This document shows positions 58,826 through 64,000 of a stretch of 64,000 nt of DNA, piece by piece. The translations under genes were made by a program, and so were the position numbers. The stretch spans positions 869,457-933,456 of the forward strand of contig MU054831.1 of NCBI GenBank assembly GCA_013239625.1. Direction: 5' to 3'. Under the pieces are notes generated by a model. That model searched no databases. It was not told where the DNA came from and was given only the letters and a program-made list of their open reading frames with translations. This stretch comes from Lama guanicoe. Lineage: Eukaryota. The stretch's first letter is position 1, and every line of letters begins with the position of its first letter.

Positions 58826-59579
58826 TGGTGGTGTGGTTTAATGAAAAGTTTTAGTTGACTGTTTTTTATCTTTTCACAAATGAATTTTTAAGGGAGCTCA
58901 GTTTGTCTCTGCTCAGCTTCCCAAGCTGCAAAGAAGACCTGCAGGGGAAGGAAAAGAGGTAGAGGGGGTACCCAGGAACCCAGGGGGGCGGGGCTGAGAG
59001 GAGAGCAAGGGAGAAGAAAGATGTGAATGGGGCAAGTTGCAGGGTGGAGGAAACGCCCCTGGAACCTGGGAACCCCGGCACGGCTGCAGTAGCCCTGCCA
59101 CCCCAGCCGGCAGGGGAGGGCCTGGGCGTCAGCTTTTCTTACCCTTTCCTCTTTTCTAAGGGGCGGTCTCGGTGGAGAGCCCCAACCCCTGTGCCTCCAG
59201 GGAGCCCCAGCTGCTTCAGGGGCGGAAGGCCCTTGTGCTGCTTCCCACCCTGCGTCTTCGCGCATGCCGGCCCCGGAAATGTGCTCTTTTCTGTTTCGAG
59301 AGCTCGCACTCATCCTCCGAAACCCTGCGTAGGAATCGTCTCCCCATGAGGCTTCCCCAGTGACCCCCCAGGCCAGACAGCGAACCCCTCCCTCCCAGTG
59401 ACCCCGGGCTCCCCCCTCATCCTGCTCCCCCACCAGACCGGGAGCTCCCGCGCTGAGCCTCCCACAAACATACACTGAACGAACAAAACCCGGCTCGGTC
59501 AGATACTGGCCGTACCTCACCCATCGCGTGACCGTGGGCAAGGCAGCTCTCTTCCTCGTGCCTCAGTTTCCTCAGGTGT

Positions 59580-60350
59580 CTCACGGGCCCCCCGCGCCCT
59601 TCACGGGGTCGTTGGGGGCTTTTAGCGCTATGTCCCCCGGGCGGGGAACTGGACCCAGAGGCTGACCCGCCGTCCTCGGCTTGATTTCCAGATCGGTGTC
59701 CGAGGCGGATCCGGCCGGCTGGGGCTCCGCAAGCCAGGTGCGAGGGTCCCGGCGGGGCACCGGGTGGGGCAGGGGGCGGGGACCACCGCCTGGGGGCCCT
59801 GTGAGGTCACAGAGGGAAGCCCCGGCCCGACCTGGGATTCCAGGGGGTGTGGCCGTGGGCGTGACCAGGCCTGAGCAGGGCTGGGCCGGCCGTGGAGGGC
59901 GTGTCCGGGGCGTGTCCGGGCGCGGCCGGGCGCCGGGATTGGCGGAGACCCGGAGCCGCAGCGGGCACGTGGGCGGCGGGCAGGTCTCCACGGCAACCCG
60001 ACTCTCCGGCGGACTGGAGGCTGGAGAGCCCGGCTGCGCGGCGTCGGCCGCAGCCCCGGGCGGACCCTGTGCGGTCGGTGCGCGCTCTTTGAGGTTCGGT
60101 GCGGCCCCGCGGCGGGGGAAGTGACTCTGGGGCATCCCCCAGCTCCGCGGAGGCGGCGGTGGGGAGCCTGTGCGTGGGCCCCGCGCCCCGGGGCCTGGCC
60201 GGCTGATCTCCCTGGGTGGGGCGGAAAGGAGATTTGAGACCCGACGTGCGCGAGAGGCTGTGAGTGTGGGGTTGCGCGGGGCCCGTGTCCTCGCCGCCCT
60301 GGCTCCATCGGCCCGCGGGGGAAGGAGGAGCCCGCTGTCTCTGGCCCCAG
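59580..60350 (+). promoter_or_regulatory. ANKMY1 CpG-island promoter with GC/KLF boxes, inverted CCAAT, E-box and RFX X-box
   Basis: CpG-rich; gggcgtgtccgg x2, attgg near 59938, cacgtg 59966-59971, gtctccacggcaac 59984-59997. Confidence 0.75.
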
Positions 60351-60602
60351 AACGTGGCCCTAATTTAAGGCCGTGGGCGGGTGGCCCAAATGGTGCTTCC
60401 TGTGGTTCCTGGAACCATAACAGGGACACCCTGGGGGCGTTCGTGAAGGCTTTCCTAGGGGGTTCCAACAGGATCCGGGCATCCACCGTGTTTCTCTAGG
60501 GCACGTGGTGCTGTGGGCGGGTACTTGGGCGCCCTACCCGGTAAACCTGAGAGCGGATATTGTGGGTCCCTGACCTTGGTTTCAGGTTCGAAGAGGAGAG
60601 AC

Positions 60603-60736
60603 ATGGAAGGTTATTATTCCTCACCCTTATACTACGAAAGCCCAGATGTTAGCAGCTGTGAAGACCAGACAGACGAGACGGGCCGCGAACCTGGTGCCGT
60701 CGGGACCCTGGAGAGCCCCAGGCTCGGCACCAAAAG
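60603..60736 (+). CDS. ANKMY1: ANKMY1 first coding exon (MEGYYSS...LGTK)
   Basis: Acceptor tttcAG ends at 60585, gacATGG Kozak, weak donor AAG|GTTGTT in the phase required by the next exon. Confidence 0.65.
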
Positions 60737-63700
60737 GTTGTTCCTTCAGAGGGTGTGTGTGCCGGCCTCTCTCCTTGGCTTGTAGATGACTGTCTTCTCT
60801 CTGTGTCTTGACAAACCCTTCTCTCTGAGTTTTTCTGTGTCCAAACTTCCCTTCGATGAGGACTACAGCCACATGGGTCAGGACCCGCTCTAATGACCTC
60901 ACCTTAGCTTGATTACCTCTGTGAAGGCGCTGTCTCCAAATACAGCCACACGGTGAGGGACTGGGATCTAGGACTCCAACATACGGGGGGAGAAGGGGAA
61001 CGCAATTCAAGTGACAACCACAGGTAAGAAAAAGAAAAACACCCAGTTCGAGCTCCCGACTTTGCTGCTGTCGCATGTGGGTCTCCACCCTTTCTGGCTT
61101 CTTTCCGCAGACAAGTCACAACGCGGCATAGAGGGCTCTTTGTGTTTGCAGCAGCCAGAGTGTTCCTCGCTGGTCGGGTGCTGGTTAAGCCTCTGCGGCT
61201 CACGGCTGGCATCTGAGGGCCAGCTGGTGGAGGGCTCAGAGTCTGAGGGGTCCCATGCCATGAGCCGCCCAGCCAGGCATCCGCCTGACAGCGGCACAAG
61301 TCTGTAGACCAGAGACACCCAGACGCAGCATCCTCCAGAGAGCCCTCTGGAGCCGGGCACCGGGGGTGGGCCCGCTCTAAGTCGGGATGTGGGCCTTCAG
61401 ACAGTGAGCGCAGGAGTGGGGCAAACCTGCCCTGGTGCACGCCCTGCCCCCTGCTGGGCACCCCCCATCCCTGCGTCCTTGCGTCCGTCTGTCCACCTTG
61501 TTAGTCAGCTTGCTGTCCCTCAAGCTGCCCTCTCATCCCCTCTGGCCCGAAGACCCTTGTCTAAATGAAATGCCTGTCTCCTGCCCCCGTTCTGGGTGGG
61601 TGCTGCTGGCTCTCGAGAGAAGACCCTGTCCGGAGTGGGGGCACTCTGGGCTGGGGGAGGGGACAGGGTTCCCCTAGTGAACAGTTGGAGTGGGGCAGCC
61701 TCCGGTTCCAGGCAGTGGAGCTGGCCTGGGCTGAGAGGGCTGCCTGGTCCTACACCCTTACCCTCAGAAGACACGGCTGCACACTTACTGCGTTTCCCAC
61801 TCCTGCGTGACCCTGGGCAGTCACTACACCCCCCAAGCCTCAGTTTTCCTCTCTGGAGAGTGGGGTGGCCCCACAATCGGCCTTGGGGGTGGTTGGGTGA
61901 AAAAGTTTCTCAGCACTCCGTGGCCCTTAAGACTTCAGCCAGCATCGGTCTCCCCTCCCCCTGCTCTTCTTCCTAGGTTTGCCCGGGAGGCCCCGGAGGA
62001 GGAAGAGGAGTCCGGGGGCCCCCTTAGGGAGCAGGGCCTGAAGGAGGTCTACACCCAGCTTGTCCAGGGTGTGCAGGAGTGGCAGGATGGCTGCGTCTAC
62101 CGAGGAGAGTTCGGGCTGGACATGAAGCTGGGATGCGGTGAATTCTCCTGGCCCACGGGCGAGGTAACTGGCTTCACGTGCTTCTCTCCTCCTCTGGGCT
62201 CGGCCACTCATGGCCTGTCTCTCCCCTGAGAAGCGTGTGCTGTGAACTCGTAGATCCACCAGCAGGAAGGATGCCAGGCGAATGTCTCTCCTATTTGAGA
62301 AATGCCCAGAGAGACTTCCAAGACCCTGCCCGAGGTTGCCTGGTGTCCACAGGCTGCAGCTCTGGAACCTGTGACTTAAGATAAATTCTTATTCTTGGCC
62401 AGTGTTTTAAAATTGGAAATTACTATAGTGAGAAGTATGTTTCTGTTGGTGAAATTGCCTTATATTTAAGGTCAAACGGAAGAAATGGATCTTCTTAAAG
62501 ACCAATTTTCAGGGCCCACAGCAGGCTCAGTCAGGACTCAGTGGGGACCCCAAGGGGCCTGTAGCAGAAGCTGTTTGCACCACCTTGTGTCCTTGGCAGT
62601 GTGGGCGGCTAAGCTGGGTGTGGGCTGAGTCTCGGGGGCTTAAAGCACCTCCCCCAGTGGGAAGCTGGGTTCTGAAGGCTTCCCAACTAGGGGTTGCATC
62701 CCCGCCAGCTGCACCTGCACTGGGGAAGGATTCTGCCCTGCCTGCCTGATGCTGTGTGGTTCAGCTGAGACTTAAGTGCATCTTTTCCTGCAAATGATAA
62801 AAACTGTCTGGAGGCAACATGGGGGGTTGTGCATTTGGGGGAGCTCAGGGGATCCAGAGGGCAGGACACCTGGCACTGAAACCCTTCTGAGAGGCAGGCA
62901 CTGGCTGGCACACTTCTCAGAGGCCATGTGGGGTCCTGGTCTATGAGCACAGAAGGCCACCTGAGTGCCCGGCCCCGCCCGCTTCAGGTGTGGAAGGCAG
63001 CCGTCTAACATGCGTGAGCATCGGTGACTGAAAAGTCCTTGGAACAGATGTCACATTCGCATTCTTTTTCCCTCCGGGGCCGCAGTGGAGGGGCACCTCT
63101 GACAGACCCAGCCTTGGGCTCAGGACAAGAGCACAGACAGAGGCCCACATCCATGGCCTCAAAGTGAGGTGTCTTCAGTCAAAACCACACCCATGTCCCC
63201 AGCCAAGGCCCACAGCCTGTCCCCTGGGCCACACTTGTGTCCCCAGGGCTAGTGGTCCCCAACTCCCTGGGCCAGCCTGCTGCCTGTGGACCCAAGAGGG
63301 GCCGGGCAGGGTGAGGAGAGACAGGTCCCGCCCAAACCCAGGCAGTTCTGACGCCTCCCCAAGCCCCCGACCTAAGCCAGGGCAGGAGGCAGCATGGCCA
63401 TTGGGAGGCCAACTGCCTGGCACGTGCTCTGTGTGATCTGGGTGACCGCCAGGATTTAAAGGGGGCTGGGTGGCCAGACGCCCCGTGAGCCCAGTGCAGC
63501 CCCAACAGCCCCCGTTCACTGCTGACCAGGCGGGGGTTGGGGGCTAGGGTGGGGGATGTCCAGTCAGGTCCTGCGCGGGGAGGGGCGGAGCCTCAGGCGC
63601 CGCCGGTGACCCAGCTCTGTTCGCAGTCCTACCGCGGGCAGTTCTACCGGGACCACCGCCACGGCCTGGGCACCTACACGTGGCCGGAAGGTTCCAGTTT

Positions 63701-63770
63701 CACGGGCATGTTCTACCTGAGCTGCCGGGAAGGCTACGGCACCATGTACCGGAAGACGAGGCTCTTCCAG
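60603..63770 (+). CDS. ANKMY1: Ankyrin repeat and MYND domain-containing protein 1, N-terminal MORN-repeat region (gene continues beyond the window)
   Basis: join(60603..60736,61977..62163,63627..63770). Phases 2/0 are consistent. MORN repeats [51 protein letters not shown]. Synteny head-to-head with DUSP28. Confidence 0.9.
60737..61020. mobile_element. MaLR (MLT1A-type) LTR fragment directly after the ANKMY1 first coding exon
   Basis: gttccttcagaggg...cctctctccttggcttgtagatgactgtcttctc...ctctaatgacctcaccttagcttgattacctctgtgaag...tctccaaatacagccaca. Confidence 0.75.
61800..61875. mobile_element. MIR SINE fragment
   Basis: gtgaccctgggcagtcact...agcctcagttttcctctctgg. Confidence 0.6.
61977..62163 (+). 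CDS. ANKMY1: ANKMY1 coding exon 2 ([11 protein letters not shown]...WPTGE)
   Basis: Strong polypyrimidine acceptor, donor GAG|GTAACT, 187 nt. Confidence 0.92.
63627..63770 (+). CDS. ANKMY1: ANKMY1 coding exon 3 (SYRGQFYRD...TRLFQ)
   Basis: AG/GT, 144 nt, MORN repeats. Confidence 0.93.
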
Positions 63771-63851
63771 GTGAGGGACAGGCCCCTGTGTGCTCAGGCT
63801 GCTGGGCAACGATGTTTAGGTTTGGGGGAGGTTTGTTCCACAAGAAGTAGC

Positions 63852-64000
63852 TTTCTTTTTTTTTCTTCTTCTTATTTTTATGGGGAGAGGGGAAGTACTT
63901 GGTTTATTGATTGTTATTATTTTTTTAATGGAGGGACTGGGGATTGAACCCAGGACCTCGTACATGCTAAGCATGTGCTCTACTGCTGAGCTACACCCTC
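63852..64000 (-). mobile_element. tRNA-derived SINE (camelid Vic-1-like), 5' end cut by the window edge
   Basis: Reverse complement gagggtgtagctcagcagtagagcacatgcttagcatgtacgaggtcctgggttcaatccccagtccctccattaaaaaaa followed by an A-rich tail. Confidence 0.9.

Noticed and set aside
59581-60486. 301-aa minus-strand ORF over the ANKMY1 promoter
   Set aside because: Typical stop-poor CpG-island ORF with low-complexity Pro/Arg composition.

Overview
This is GC-rich mammalian genomic DNA, not a prokaryotic or accessory locus. It holds the conserved ANKMY1-DUSP28-RNPEPL1-CAPN10-GPR35 block (human 2q37.3 order, seen here in reverse orientation). Minus strand: single-coding-exon GPR35 (302 aa); complete 12-exon CAPN10 (656 aa, Cys/His/Asn triad intact, one intron needs a GC donor); 11-exon RNPEPL1 (start codon, part of exon 1 and all of exon 8 fall in N-gaps); 2-exon DUSP28 (173 aa, with an internal gap). 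Plus strand: the first three coding exons of ANKMY1. Three tRNA-derived SINEs resemble the camelid Vic-1 type and suggest a camel or alpaca. Old L1, L2, MIR, MaLR and hAT fragments are also present. Nearly all ORF-track entries are chance or antisense ORFs of GC-rich DNA. I found no convincing new multi-gene system. The best leads are a 113-bp tandem duplication of an RNPEPL1 acceptor and exon start, an out-of-frame upstream ATG overlapping CAPN10, a GC splice donor in CAPN10, a possibly LTR-derived donor in ANKMY1, an RFX X-box at the ANKMY1 promoter, and changes in the GPR35 ligand pocket. All comparisons with human or rodent orthologs and repeat consensi are from memory and need alignment.
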